This document shows, one piece after another, positions 26,068 through 42,191 of a DNA stretch of 64,000 nt. The stretch is from Scenedesmus sp. PABB004. Its lineage: Eukaryota. The notes beneath the pieces are model-generated. The model saw nothing but the letters and a program-made list of their open reading frames with translations. It had not been told where the DNA came from and searched no databases. The first letter of the stretch is position 1. Each line of letters starts with the position of its first letter. The DNA lies in the NCBI GenBank assembly GCA_014905635.1, contig CM026547.1:2852001-2916000 (forward strand). Direction: 5' to 3'. The position numbers and the translations under genes are program-made.

Positions 26068-26323
26068 CGCGCAGCGCGCCGAGCGGAGCGGCGGCGGAGC
26101 GCGAGCAGCGGCGCCGGCGTGCGGGAGGGCGGCGGGCGAGCGCGCAGGTGCCGGACGCGGGCGGTGCGATCGGGGCGAGGGAATGCGGGCGGGGCAGCGC
26201 GGGTCGGTCCTCGCGGCTCAGCGCGCCGCGAGCAGTCGCGCGGGCGGGACCAGCCTGGCGCCGCCGGGCGCGCGCGCCCTCTTCTGCGCTGAGCGTGTGT
26301 CTCTGCGCGCGCCGAATTGCACG

Positions 26324-28324
<2,001 letters not shown>

Positions 28325-28808
28325 GAGTAATGCGGCGGCGCCGGGCGGCGCGGGGCGGCGCAGGGAGGGGGGGGGGGGCAGGGGGGCGGACGCGCGGACG
28401 CTGCGGGCGCAGGCGCTGGATGCTGCTGCAGCTGAGCACTGAGGGGCTTTGCTTTGGCCGCGTTGGCAGCTAGGCGGGCGGCTGCAACCTGCACTTTATG
28501 GACGCCGCCCCGCCGCCAACGCAGCGCCGGCCGGTCACCGTGCGCACAGCGCGCGCAGCAGCTGCTGCGCGCCTCCGCAGGACCGCACACACGGCCCACG
28601 GCGCCGCCGCGCCCGCTGATGGTACACTCGCTGCGGACGCGCCAGCCGCCCCCGCACGCCGCGCCAGCGCCGCGCGACGCGCGAGCTCGCGCGGGCCCCC
28701 GCCCCGCGCCCCCGCCCGCCCGCCCGCCCGCCCGCGGCCAGCCGCCGCCGCCAGCCCCGCCAGCCGCTGCTGGCGCCGCCGCGGTGCAGACTGCTCGCTG
28801 CTCGCTGC

Positions 28809-31155
28809 TCACTCCTGCGCGCCCTGCTCTGCGAGGCGTGGGTTCTTGGTGTCGAGGTCGAGGTCGTGCCCCGTGATGCGGCGGTACATGTCCAGCACGT
28901 CCTCCACGGTGCTCTCAAAGTGCGTGGTGGGGTCGTAGCCCTTGCTGATGAAGCAGCCGTCACTGAACGCCCGGCGGAGGGCGGAGGGCGGAGGGCGGGC
29001 GGAGGGCGGGGCGGCGGCGGCGCGCGGCGGGAGGGCGGGCGTCGGCGCCGCGCGGGGAGGGCGGGCGGGCGCGGGGGCGCGCGCAGGCGGCGGCGCGGCG
29101 CGGCGCGCGCGGCGCGCACGCGCTGCCGTCTGCCAGGGGCTCGTGGACGTCGACGATGCTGACAAACTTCTCGTCGATCGGCCCCAGCAGCGCGAGCCCG
29201 GGCGCGAGCTCCGCCTCGGGCGCGCTGCTCTCCACGGTCGTCGACACAAACGCGACCCACTTGTTGTTGGCCGCCACGTTGTGCGCGTAGGAGCAGCAGA
29301 AGACATACATGTCTGACGCCACGCGCCGGGGCGGGGGGCAGGGTGGGCGGGGCGAGCAGGCGCGCCGCGGGCGCAGGCGCGGCCCCGGCCGCCCAGGCCC
29401 CCGAGCGCGTCGGCGGCGCGGCGCGGCGGCCGCACCTGACCGCCGGCCGATCTGCTTCTGCGGTAGGATGATCTGCACGCTGTGCGCATTGTCGGTGTTG
29501 GGGATGGGGTGGCTGAGGATGCACACCGCGCGCACCACGCGCGACGTCGGCCGCGTCTTGCCCGGGAAGTAGCTGGGGTCGCCCACCTGCCGCGCCCCAC
29601 GCCGCCGCCGCACGTGCGGGCTGGGTCGGCGCGCGGGCGCGGCGCGGCACGGCGCGCGGGCCGCCCGCCGCCGCTGCCGTCGCCGCTGCCGCCGCTGCCG
29701 GCGCGCGGCAGGGCCGCTCGCTGCCGCTGCCGCTGCCGCCGCCCGCCCGCGCCCCCGCCGCGGCGCGCCGCCGCCGCACCACGAACTTGCACTGTGCGGT
29801 CTCGCCCTCGCTGCTCACGCCGACCGCGCGGCCGTCGTCGCCGTAGACCACCGCCGCGTCGGCCTTGTGCAGCATGTACGTCCCGCCGTACACCGCGCTC
29901 AGGCGAGCAAACGCCTGCGGCGCATGCGGCGCACGCAGCGCGCGCTCAGCCGGCGGGGCGCCCGCGCCCGCCCGCCGCGCTGCTGCGCCCGCCGCGCTGC
30001 GCCCGCTGCTCGCCGCCGGCGCGCTGCACGCCGGCGCGTCGCCGCCGCCGCCGCGCCTGGGGCAGCTCTCCGAGGCCGTAGCGCGGGTATATGTAGGGGC
30101 TGGTGAGGCCGTCGTAGCGCGTGAGCGAGTCGTGGTAGAGCTTGACCTTGAGCACCGTGGGCAGCGCGGGCGCGTCGAGGTAGGCGTCGTCGCGGTGCAG
30201 TGCGAGCGCGTGGCCGATGAACTCGACGGTCTGGCCGTCGAGGCCGTAGTACGCGTACAGCTGGGCCATGGTCATGGTGGCGAGGTCGAGGCCCTTGTGC
30301 GTGGTCGGGTCCTTGGGGTCGTAGTCCTGCACGTAGCTGCGTGCTCGCAGCGCGGCGCGGCGCGGCGTCCGCGGGCGCGCCCGTGGCATGCCCGCCGCCG
30401 CCGCCGCGCCGGCGGCCGGCGGCCAGCGCGCCGCGCGCGCGCCGCCCCCGGGCGTGCGCCGCCGCGGCGCCCGCGGCGGCGGCGCCCCGCCGCTCACATG
30501 AAGAAGTTGCGCGCGCGGCGCTTCTCGAACAGGCCCATGAGCGGCGAGCGCAGCGCCTCCATGTCGGTCGCGGGGACCTTGTACGCCTTGCCCTTGTTCA
30601 CGACGTAGCTGCCGTCGACGGCCTTGAACTCCAGGTACTTGGTGACGTCGGTGTAGATGAGCACGCGCACGAGCTTGCCGTTGGCCATCATGAACTTGGG
30701 CACCATGTCCACGTTGTAGTCGCGGCTCGCGCCCAGCTCCTTGGGCACCGCCTGCCCCGGCCGGAACTTCTCCCACAGCTGCCGGACGGCACGGGCGGCG
30801 CGGGGGCGGGCTGGCGGCGCGGCCGCGGCCCGCGCAGGGGGCGGGAGGGGCGGGAGGGGAGGGGAGGGGCCCACCCGACAGTCGGTTGCTGCTCCGCCCG
30901 CCCGCCGCACCTGGTTGAGGTTGAGGGACGCGGACTCGCCCCCGTAGTAGCTGTTGCGATCCATGTGCAGCACCTGCGCCCCGGGGGCGTGAGGCGCGCC
31001 CTGCACGCCGGCCGGGGCCGGGAGCTGCGGATGCGCGCGCCCCCGGCCGCGCCCGGCGCCGACCGCACCTTCAGCCCCGACACGCTGAGCAGGCCGCTGA
31101 TGATGCACTCCTTCAGCCCCGTCCCCAGCACGATGGCGTCGTACTCGCCGTCCAT
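28809..31155 (-). CDS. GDI1: Rab GDP dissociation inhibitor
   Basis: MDGEYDAIVLGTGLKECIISGLLSV, VLHMDRNSYYGGESASLNL, DYNVDMVPKFMMANG, SPYIYPRYGLGELPQ, YDPTTHFESTVEDV. Confidence 0.96.
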
Positions 31156-31356
31156 GGCGGCGCCGCTTGCTGCGCCTGCTGCTGCTGCTCCCTCGCGCGC
31201 AACAAGCCGCAGTGGCTGGGGTGGGGGGAAGCGGAGGCGGTGGAGTGGGCGGCGCTGGAGTGGGCGGCGCCAGGTGGGGAGGGCGGGGCGGGCTCGCGAC
31301 CGGAGAAACGCCGCCGCTGCACCGCCGCCGCGCCGCCGCACGCCGCCTCGCAAGAA

Positions 31357-31361
31357 TTACA
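31357..31361 (-). promoter_or_regulatory. Putative TGTAA polyadenylation signal for the RRM gene
   Basis: TTACA on + strand, about 430 nt downstream of the RRM stop. Confidence 0.45.
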
Positions 31362-31794
31362 GGGCGGGCCGCGCCGCCGGGCGTGAATGGCACGCCCACC
31401 GCGCGCGGCCGCCCGGCCGCAGGAGCAGCCTCGTGAAGCCCGACTGCCGCGGCGCGCGCGCACGCGGCAACGCACACACACAACGCGACGACGCCGCCGT
31501 GCACACAAAGCGAGACCGCCCTGAATAGCCTCAAAACTCAAGGCGGCGGCAGAGACGGCAGCCAGCCACGTCACACACGTCAGCGAGCAACGCACGCACA
31601 GCGCACACAAAAACGTCCGACCGTCGGTCGCCCCCACACCAGCACCACCACCGCGCCCCCGTGTCACGAAAGGGAGGAGTACACAGCCTGCCCTGCGTTG
31701 ATGAGCAGCAAGCAAGCACACGCGGCGCCGGCGCGGGCGCGCCCGCCGCGGCGCGCCGTTGGCGCCGCGGCGGCGCGCCGCCCGCGCCGGCGGC

Positions 31795-33033
31795 TCAGAA
31801 GCTGCGCGTCGAGACGCGCACGCTGATGCGCTGGTGCTGCAGGCGCGCGCCGTCGAGCTCGCGCTCCGCGCGCGCCGTGGCGGCGGGGCCGACGGCCTCG
31901 TGGAAGACCACAAAGCCGTACCCTAAGCTCAGCGCGGTCACGGGGTGGCGCACGATCCAGACCTTGCTGATCGGCCCCACACTCGAGAACAGCTCCACCA
32001 GCGCGCGCTCGCTCACGTCGCCGGGCAGCCCGCCGACAAAGACGCCGCGCGGACCGCCGCCCGGCGCCGCCGCGACGCCGCCGTGCTCCCACCCGCCCTC
32101 GCCGCGCGCGGCGCCCGCGTCGGCGGCGCCGTGCAGCGGCGACGGCGTGGGCGCGGAGCCGCACGACTCGCTGCCGCCGCCCCCGGACGGCGGCACGCGC
32201 CGCCCGCAGCGCCACGGCGAGTCGGGCGTCAGGGCGGCCGCGGACGCCGCCGCGCGCCGCGGGGGCGTGCCCTGCCCACCGCCGGCGCCAGCCGCATGCC
32301 GCCCTGGGCCGCGCGAGCGCGGCGCGTCCTCCTCGGGCGGCTGCGCGGCGCCCTGCCTGCCGTGGGAGGCGCGGCCGTGCGGGTGGTCGCGCGCGCCGAC
32401 GGCGCCGCCGCCGCCGCGGCCGCCGACCGCGCTGTGCGGGCGCTGCACGTGGAGGCTGCTGCAGGAGCTCAGGCTGTCGGCCACGCTCGCGGCGTCGTCG
32501 TCGTTGTCGGCGATGCTGTGCACCGTGGAGGGGGCGTCATACGACCAGCCGCGACCGACCGACGGCAGCGACTCGAGGAAGCGCGCCACCAGCGGGCGCA
32601 GCCCCTGGCCGCCGCCGCCGCCCTGGTCCGCGCCGCGGCCGCCGCTGGCGCCGCCGCGCGGGCTGTAGCAGGGGCTGCCCCGCTTGTTGAGCAGCGACAG
32701 CGCCGCGCTCAGCGACACGCGCACGGGCGTGAGCGCGCCCGCGGCCGAGCTGCCGGCGCGGCTGGGCAGCGTGTCCGGCTCGCCGCCGCCGCCGTCGGCG
32801 TCGCCCGGCTTGCCGGCCTGCGCCCGCGCACGAGCGCGCACGAGTCAGCTTCGAGCGGCCAGCGAGCGGTGCGCCGCTGGCGGCGGGCGCGCGGCGCGCG
32901 CCGCCGCGTCGTCTCCGGCCTCTGTCAATGGCCCAGCGGCGCCCCGGGGCCGCACCTGGGCCTCCGGCGCCGCATGCTCGCCACCGCTGCAGCTCAAACC
33001 TGGCTCAGTTGGTGAAAGCGGCGCTTGAAGCAT
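31795..33033 (-). CDS. Low-complexity protein with one C-terminal RRM
   Basis: VFVGGLP (RNP2), LVELFSSVGPISKVWIVRHPVT, LGYGFVVF (RNP1), ELDGARL. First exon inferred as MLQAPLSP...EAQ|AGKPG; an alternative start is possible at 33150. Confidence 0.8.
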
Positions 33034-33710
33034 CTGCGCAGCGCAGGCGGGTGTGTCAGGGGACGATCTCTGGCCGGGGAGCAGCGTGAGCGGGCCCGCA
33101 CGGGCGGCGGGCGGCTGTGCGGGGCGGGAGGGCGCTGAGAAGGTCGGCATGCGCCCTCCCCGCGCACCTGCAGGGCCCTGGCTGGGCGCGGCTCATTCCT
33201 GGCGGACAGGTGGCGGCCTCGGGAGACCGCCCGACCAGCTCGGTCGAGGCGCGGCCGTCCCTCGCGCACAGCTCGAGCACACAAACGCTCGCAACGGTCC
33301 CGGGCGAGCTGGGGGCGGGCGCGTGTGCTCTGCGTTCTACTGATTGTGTCGGGAGCACGGACACGCGCGCGCGCGCGCAGGCATGCCAAAGCCCCACGCG
33401 CAGGGATGCCAAAGCCCCGCTGCCCCGCTCCAGCCCCGCCCGTTCGCGCGCCGCGGCCGCACGCCGTGCACTCTGCAATCAGCCGCCCCGCTCCAGACGC
33501 CTGCCGCACCACGTCGCGGCTGAATTGCGCGGGTGGGTGCGCGCCCGGCGCCCGCCGCGGGCGTTCGCCGCTGGGGCTGCGGCAGGCGGCAGCGCAGATT
33601 GGGTCCAATCGATCGCGCCGCGCGCGCGCCGCTTGTAGGCGCGGAATCGGGGGCGCACCGCGCCACACCGCGCGCGCTGCTGCTGTCCTCACCCCGCAGG
33701 CACCGCCAGG

Positions 33711-35278
33711 ATGAGGCGCTCAGCTGTGCTGCTGCTGGCATTTGTGGTCCTCGCGGGTGCGCCGCGGCGGCGCGGCGCGGCGGGTCGGGCCGCCCTCCCC
33801 GCGCGCGGGGAGGCGGTTGATGCCATGCGCCCGCGCGCCCACGCCCGCCGCCGGGCCGGCGCACCGCGGCGCTCGGCCGGGCGTGTGCGCCAAAGCATTC
33901 TCACAGCAACTATGGCGCCGCGGCGGCCGGATCGCGTGCAGCGCCGCTGAACGCGCGCTGCGGGCGCGCCCTCACCCTCTCCCGCCCGCGCCCGCCCCGC
34001 AGGCGTGCAGGTGCGCGCGCGCGCCGCCGCGCTGGCGGGGGCCGGCGCGCTGGCGGGGGCACAACCGGGGCGCGGCGCAGCCGCGCCGCGCCGGCCGCCG
34101 CGCGCCCGGCCGCCGCGCGCCCGGCCGCGCCCCGGGCGGGCGCGCGCGCTGCGCCGCCCCCGCCCCACGCCGCGCCGCGCCGCGCCGCCGCGTTCCGCGC
34201 AGGCCGCGCCCAAGCAGGGCACCGACCCGCTGGAGGGCCTGGCGCCGCCGCCGGCGGCGCTGCCGCCGGGGCTGGAGACGCTCAACCTCACGCAGCTCGC
34301 GCCGATGCTGCCGCTGCTGAGCAACATCAACGCCGACATCGTGGCGAGCTGGATCCCCGTGCTGGAGCAGGTCGACGCGTCGCGGCTGGGCAAGTGGGGC
34401 CCTGTGCTCAACGCGATCAACGCGTCGACCGTCGAGGCGCTCATGGCGGCGCTGCCCTTCCTCGACCCGCTGTCCATGTTTGACCTCATCCCCGTGGTCA
34501 ACGCCATCCCCTCCAAGACGCTCGCGCAGTGGATCGTCATCGCCAGCAAGGCACGCGCGCGCGCGCGCCGCTCGCGCGGCGGGGCACGCGGCGCCGGCGG
34601 CGCGCCCGCGCGCGCAAGCCCCCTGCCCACGCGGCGCCCGCGCGGCCGCTGCTCACTGCGCCCGCGCCCGCGCGCGCGCAGCTGAACGCGACCATGGTGA
34701 AGGGCCTCGTGCCCGCGATCAACTCGCTCGACCCGGCGTGGGTGAACAAGGTCGTGCCCGCGCTCGCCGCGTTTGACCCCGACTACCTGGTCAAGCTCGC
34801 CAACGCGATCGCGCCGCCGCTGCAGAAGATCAACCCCGACCTCATCGTCAGCGTGCTGCCCGCGATGACGACGATTTCGACCTCCACCTGGGAGAAGCTC
34901 ATCGAGCTGCTCAACAAGCTCACGGCCGCGCAGCTCGACTTCCTGGTGCACCTGCTCGACGTGACGGGGCCGTACCTCGACAAGATGGTCCGCGTGCTCA
35001 ACTTTGTGCGCGGCGCGCTGCCGTTTGACGTCTCCACCGTCGCGGGCCGCACCACGGTCTTCACCAAGGCGCCCGGCACGGTCGGCATGTCGGACTCGAG
35101 CAAGGTCCTCGCGACCAAGGGCCACGTCACGAGCGAGCCCAACAACGGCGCGCCGCCCGCGCCGTCCGCGCCCGCGGTCGTGGTCGAGAACATCCCCAAG
35201 ACCATGAAGGAGGCCAACGCGATCCTCGCCAAGCGCGAGGCCGCCGCCAAGCCCGCCGGCAGGCGCTTCCTGCACTGA
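33711..35278 (+). CDS. Secreted protein with about 12 tandem 15-aa helical repeats; family not recognised
   Basis: Signal peptide MRRSAVLLLAFVVLAGVQA assembled from exons 33711-33756, 34003-34010 and 34203 onward; further exons 34203-34550 and 34682-35278. Confidence 0.8.
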
Positions 35279-35660
35279 GACGCTGCGGCCCGGGCCCGGG
35301 GCGCGCCGCGCGCGGCAGCGCGGCAGCCGCGATTGGGGCGCGGCGCTGCCGGGCGCGCCCTCGGCTGCGCACACGAATGGTCACCTTTCTTTGGGGCATG
35401 CATGGCGCGCTCGCAACGGGCTGGCATGTCGCACGATGCATTGCTGTCTGGTCTCGGGTCGATGATCTCCTCCCTTGCTTGCTGGGGCGCGCTGCGCGCT
35501 CCCCCCGACAGCATGGCACGCTGCCCACGCCATGCGGCCGCGGCACACCATGCGGGAGCGGCGGCGGCGGCCCGGGCCTCGGAACTGAGGCCGCGCGTGG
35601 GCGGGCGGCGGGCGGCGGGCGTCGCGAGTGATCCGAGGCTGGCCCGCGGCGGCGGGACGG

Positions 35661-35665
35661 TGTAA
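35661..35665 (+). promoter_or_regulatory. Putative TGTAA polyadenylation signal
   Basis: TGTAA about 380 nt after the repeat-protein stop. Confidence 0.5.
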
Positions 35666-35924
35666 GCGGGCGCCGCCGACAACTGAGGTCACAGAGGGAG
35701 GCAGGCGTGGGCAGACCGATCAGGGCCGCTCAGCCCGGCAATCGCTCACTCGCGCACGCAGGCACGCCAGCAAAACTCGCCGACAGCCGGCCGCGGTGCA
35801 TGTCTTGGGGGCACCGCCAAACGTTCGCCCGGCCGGCGATCGCACGCGCGCGCCTCGGGGCGGTCGCAGCCCCGGGCGGCGCGCGGCGCACTGGGGGGCC
35901 CTCGCCCCTCGTTCGTGAGGGCGT

Positions 35925-37018
35925 TTAACCCAGGTTGTTATTGTTCACCTTGGCCAGGCGGCGGTCGCTGCCGAGGTAGGCAGCCACGGCCGGCAGCGCC
36001 GCGACGCGCGCGTGGTGGCCGCACAGCAGCGGGTACTGCGGCGGCGCGCGGCGGCGGCGCGCGGGTCGGAGCGCGGCGCCCGCGGCGCGCCCGCCGCCCC
36101 CGCCGCCGGCGCCCCAGGCGCGCGCGCGGCGCGGGCGCGAGCGTGCGCACCGTGGCCTCCATCTCTGCCTTGAACACGCGCAGGTGCAGGTCGACGATCT
36201 CCCACACGCACAGGTCGGCCGCGGTCAGGCCCGCGCCGACCGCGTAGCCCGCGCCGCCGGCGTTGCGGCCGAGCAGCGCCTCCAGGTAGGCAAAGTGCGC
36301 GCCGCCGTTGCGGCCCGTGGCAGAGTCGGGCGCGCCGTGCTTCGACCAGTAGGCGGCCTTGGCCTCGGCGGCCTGCGCGCGGCGCGCCCGGCGGCGTCGG
36401 CGGCGCCGGCGGCGCGGCTGCCGGCGGCGCGGCTGCCGGCGGCGCGGCGGCGCGGCTGCTGCGCACCAGCTCGTCATTGTAGATCAGCGACACATACTTC
36501 ACGCGGATGTCCTGCGCCGGGCGGGGCGGCGGTGCGGTCGGTGCGCCGCGCGGCCGTGCGCCTGCCGCGCCGCGGCGGGGGGGCCGCGCCGGGCGTCACC
36601 TCCACGCCGTCGATGATCTGGTCCACCGCCGCCGCCTCGGCCTCGCCGCTGCCGTAGAGGCCGTGCTTGCGCGCGACGTGGCGGATGATCGCGTTGGACT
36701 GGCACATGTCGAGGTCACCGTCGACGAGGCGGGGGCACTGGCCAAAGGGGTACGTGGTGCGGTCGCCCTTCATGGCCGCGTAGTCCACGTCCTTGACCTG
36801 CGCGCGGCACGCAAGGAGGGGGGAGGGGCACGCCAGGGGGCAGAGGGGCCAGGCGGCGCGTGGGCGCGTGGGCGCGTGGGCGTGCGGTCGCGCGGCAGCG
36901 GCCGCCGCCGTGCGTGGCGGCCGCGCACCTCGTACTCGACGCCCTTCGCCTCAAACATGAGCTTGATCACCTCAGCGCGGCCGCGCAGCGGGAAGTAGAA
37001 GAGAGTGCACGGCGCCAT
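35925..37018 (-). CDS. Glutathione S-transferase (Tyr-type, sigma/pi-like)
   Basis: LFYFPLRGRAEVIKL, PFGQCPRLVDG, QSNAIIRHVARKHGLYG, VGAGLTAADLCVWE, VAALPAVAAYL; stop TAA at 35925-35927. Confidence 0.92.
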
Positions 37019-37385
37019 GGCAAAGGGCGGGTCGCGCGGCAAGGCGCGTCGCGCGGCTCCTCCGGAAGCAGCGGCGGCGGCGGCGGCGCGGCGGCGGGCG
37101 GCGGCGATCGGGCGCTGTCGCGATGGCGGCGTGGTTGTGGCGCAGCGCGGGCGCACGCTAAGCGGGGCGGGGCGATCGGCGCCCACGCGCTGCGCCGCCG
37201 CGCTTCTGACAGGCTGTTGCACGCTGCGGGTGACACCGCCGATCCCCCCGGCGGCCCCCAACCACGCGGTGCTCTTGCGACGTCCCGATCGCAGCGGCCG
37301 CCGCCGCCGCCGCGCACGCGCACGCCGCTGCTGCCGCCGCTCGAGCGGCGCCGCGGCTCGGAGCGGCGCGCGCCGCTGCCGCACC

Positions 37386-38783
37386 ATGGACGGCCGGTTC
37401 CCGCAGCCTCCCGCTTTCGGGCGCGCCGGCGGGCGCTCAGCGGAGGACGGTGCGCTCCGCCGCGGCCGCTGCTGCCACGCCGCTGCCGCCGCTGCCGCCG
37501 CTGCCGCCGCCGCCCGCCGACCCCGCTGCCGCCGGCCTGATGCCCTGCAGAGCACCCCGCCAGCCGGCTGCCGCCCTCGCTGCGCCAGCGCCTCTCGCTG
37601 TGAGCGCCGGCGCGGCGCGTGCGGCGGTTGCGCCGCCCGCCCCTTCCTCACCGCGCCCTGCCGCCGCTGCAGGCCCTTCGAGCGGCAGCAGCCTGCCGAC
37701 TGGCAGCGCGAGCGCGAGCGCGAGCGCGAGCGCGCCGGCCACGACGCGGCCTGGGGCAGCCGGCCCGGCCCCAGGCCCCCCAGCCCCGGGGGCCGGCCAG
37801 CGGCGCCTGGCGACCGGCTGCGCAGCGAGAGCCGGGGCGACCCCGGCGACCGGCGCGACGACGAACGCAAGCGCCCGCGCTCGCCGGCCTCCAGCCGCGG
37901 TGGCGGGCGCGCGGAGGGCGACGGTGCGCTCCGCGCGCGCGCTTCCGCCACGCAGCCGCTGCCGCCGCCCGCTGACCCCGCTGCCGCCCGCCCGGTGCGC
38001 CACAGAGCACCCCGCCAACCGGCTGCCGCCCTCGCTGCGCCAGCGCCTCTCGCTGTGAGTGCTGGCCGGCCCGCGCCAGCAGCGGCGCGGTTGAGCGGCC
38101 CCCTCATGCCCCCCGCCGCCGCTGCAGGCCCGACGAGCGGCACAGCGAGCGGCGGCCTGCCGACTGGGAGCGCGAGCGTGAGCGCGGGCGCGAGCGCGCC
38201 GGCTACGAGACGGGCAGGAGCGGCAGGCCTGACGCCAGGCCCCGCAGCCCGGTTGGCCAGCCAGCGGCTGGCGGTGCCGACCGGCTGCACAGTGAAAGCC
38301 GGGGCGACCGGCGCGGCAGCGGCGACGGCGACCGGCGCGGCGGCCACGACCGCAGCGACGGCAGCCGCGGCCGCGACCGCGACCGCCCAGCGCCAACCAC
38401 GGCGGCCAGGACTGACCGGCGTGAGGTGGCGGCGCCGCGCTTGCAGCAGCAGGGGCAGCAGGGGCACCAGCCGCAGCCGCAGCCGCAGCCACAGCCACAG
38501 CAGCAGCAGCCGCAGCCGCAGCCGCAGCCGCAGCCGCAGCAGCAGGAGTGGCACCACCAGCACCAGCACCAGCAGCACCAGCACCAGCAGCAGTATCAAG
38601 ACCACCACCAGCAGCCGCACTGGCACTGGCACCAGTACCCGCACCAGCAGCCGCAGCCACAGCCGCAGCATCAGCAGGGCCAGCACCAGCAGCAGCACTG
38701 GCACCGGCACCAGCACCAGCAGCCGCAGCCACAGCAGGACCAGCAGCTGCTGCAGCAGCCACAGCAGCAGCCACAGCCGCAAC

Positions 38784-38816
<33 letters not shown>

Positions 38817-38817
38817 T

Positions 38818-38853
<36 letters not shown>

Positions 38854-40037
38854 CAGCAAAGAGGCGCCACTGCAGAGCACGTACGCGGCGCTGGCCAGCC
38901 CCAACGGCGGCGCGCCGCCGCGGGCGCGCATCGAGTTCGCGCTGCAGGCGATTGAGGGCAGGGACCTCACGCCCCGTCGCAGCAAGCACGCCAGCGCCGG
39001 TAGCGCCGAGGCCGCCCAGGCCGCCGGCAGCACAAGCGGGGGCGCGGCGCCCCTGGCGCCAGGCGACAAGCGCGAGCACAACAGGGACGCGGAGCGGGCG
39101 GCCGACACAGCCCGCACGCACGAGGCCAAGCCCACCACGCCCTGCGCCGCCGCCGCGGGCGGCGACGGGGTGGCGGGGCCGCTGCAGCCGGCAGCGCACC
39201 CGGGCTCGCCGCCGCGGGCCAGCGGGGTGCTGGCCGCGGCCTCGCTAGGCAAGCTCGAGCCCAAAGACAAGGAGGCCAGCAGCAGGGACGCGGCGGCAGG
39301 CGGCGAGCAGGAGCGCGAGCACGAGCGGCAGCGGCAGCGCGACAGGGACAAGGAGCGGACGGCAGTGGCGGCCGCCGCCGCCCGCGCGGACGAGCCCGCG
39401 AGGCCCGCAGCGCCCCACGCCGCGGCGGAGGGCAGCCGCGGGGCGGCGGAGCCGCCGCGGCCGGCGGCGCGCACGGGCTCACCGCAGCGCGGCGGCCGCA
39501 GCGGCAAGGGCGTGCTGGGCGCCACCTCGCTGGGCATCCCTGAGCTGGACGCCAAGCTGGAGGCGGCCGCGGCGCGGCGGGCGCGGCGTGGGGGCGCGCT
39601 GCTGCGCAGCGTGCCGCTGAGCCGCCAGCTGAGCAGCGACGAGGTGTGGGCCGCTGCGTGCAAGGTGCGGCGGGCAGGGACGGCCCAGGCGCAGGGCGCC
39701 TGCGCGGGCCCCCGGCCGGGGCCGGCCACGCGTCGTGCCCACCGCTGCGCCTGCCCCGCAGCTGACCAAGGCCACGTCGGAGCTGCTGGACGGCGAGGCG
39801 GCTGCAGCGCGGCGGCGCAGCCGCGCTCAGCGGGAGCTGCCCGCGCGCCTGGGCGGGCGGCTGCTGGCGCAGGTGGACCCCGCAGCGCGGCTGCCCGCCG
39901 CCGGCGAGGCGCACACCCGGCAGATGCAGGCGGCGGCGGACGCGTTCCGCCGTCACATGGCGGCGCCGTGGGTCGCGGCGCTGCCTGGGGGCGGCAGCTT
40001 TTCGATGCCGGCTGAGCTCAGGGGTGTGCTGTGGTGA
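37386..40037 (+). CDS. Uncharacterised low-complexity (R/E-, Q/H-rich) protein with an internal duplicated exon pair
   Basis: ATG 37386, splice-compatible short exons, a long Q/H-rich open frame and a protein-like C-terminus (...SSDEVWAAACK|LTKATSELL...LRGVLW*). No domain recognised. Confidence 0.55.
37440..38340. repeat. Imperfect tandem duplication (period about 455-475 bp) of an intron-exon-intron-exon unit
   Basis: A 49-nt segment at 37551-37599 recurs at 38006-38054 with one mismatch; the flanking introns and the following exon are also similar. Confidence 0.88.
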
Positions 40038-40205
40038 CAGGGGCGTGCGGACGCGTGCGCCTGCGGTGACAACTCGCTGCCGCTCGCTCGAGCGACCGCG
40101 CCGACCCGCCCGTCACCGTGAACGCCGCCCCCGCGGCCGCGGCGGGCTCGACGGCGCGACTGCCGCCGCCCGCCCGTGTGCCGCCGCACGGCCGGCGCCC
40201 CGCGC

Positions 40206-42191
<1,986 letters not shown>

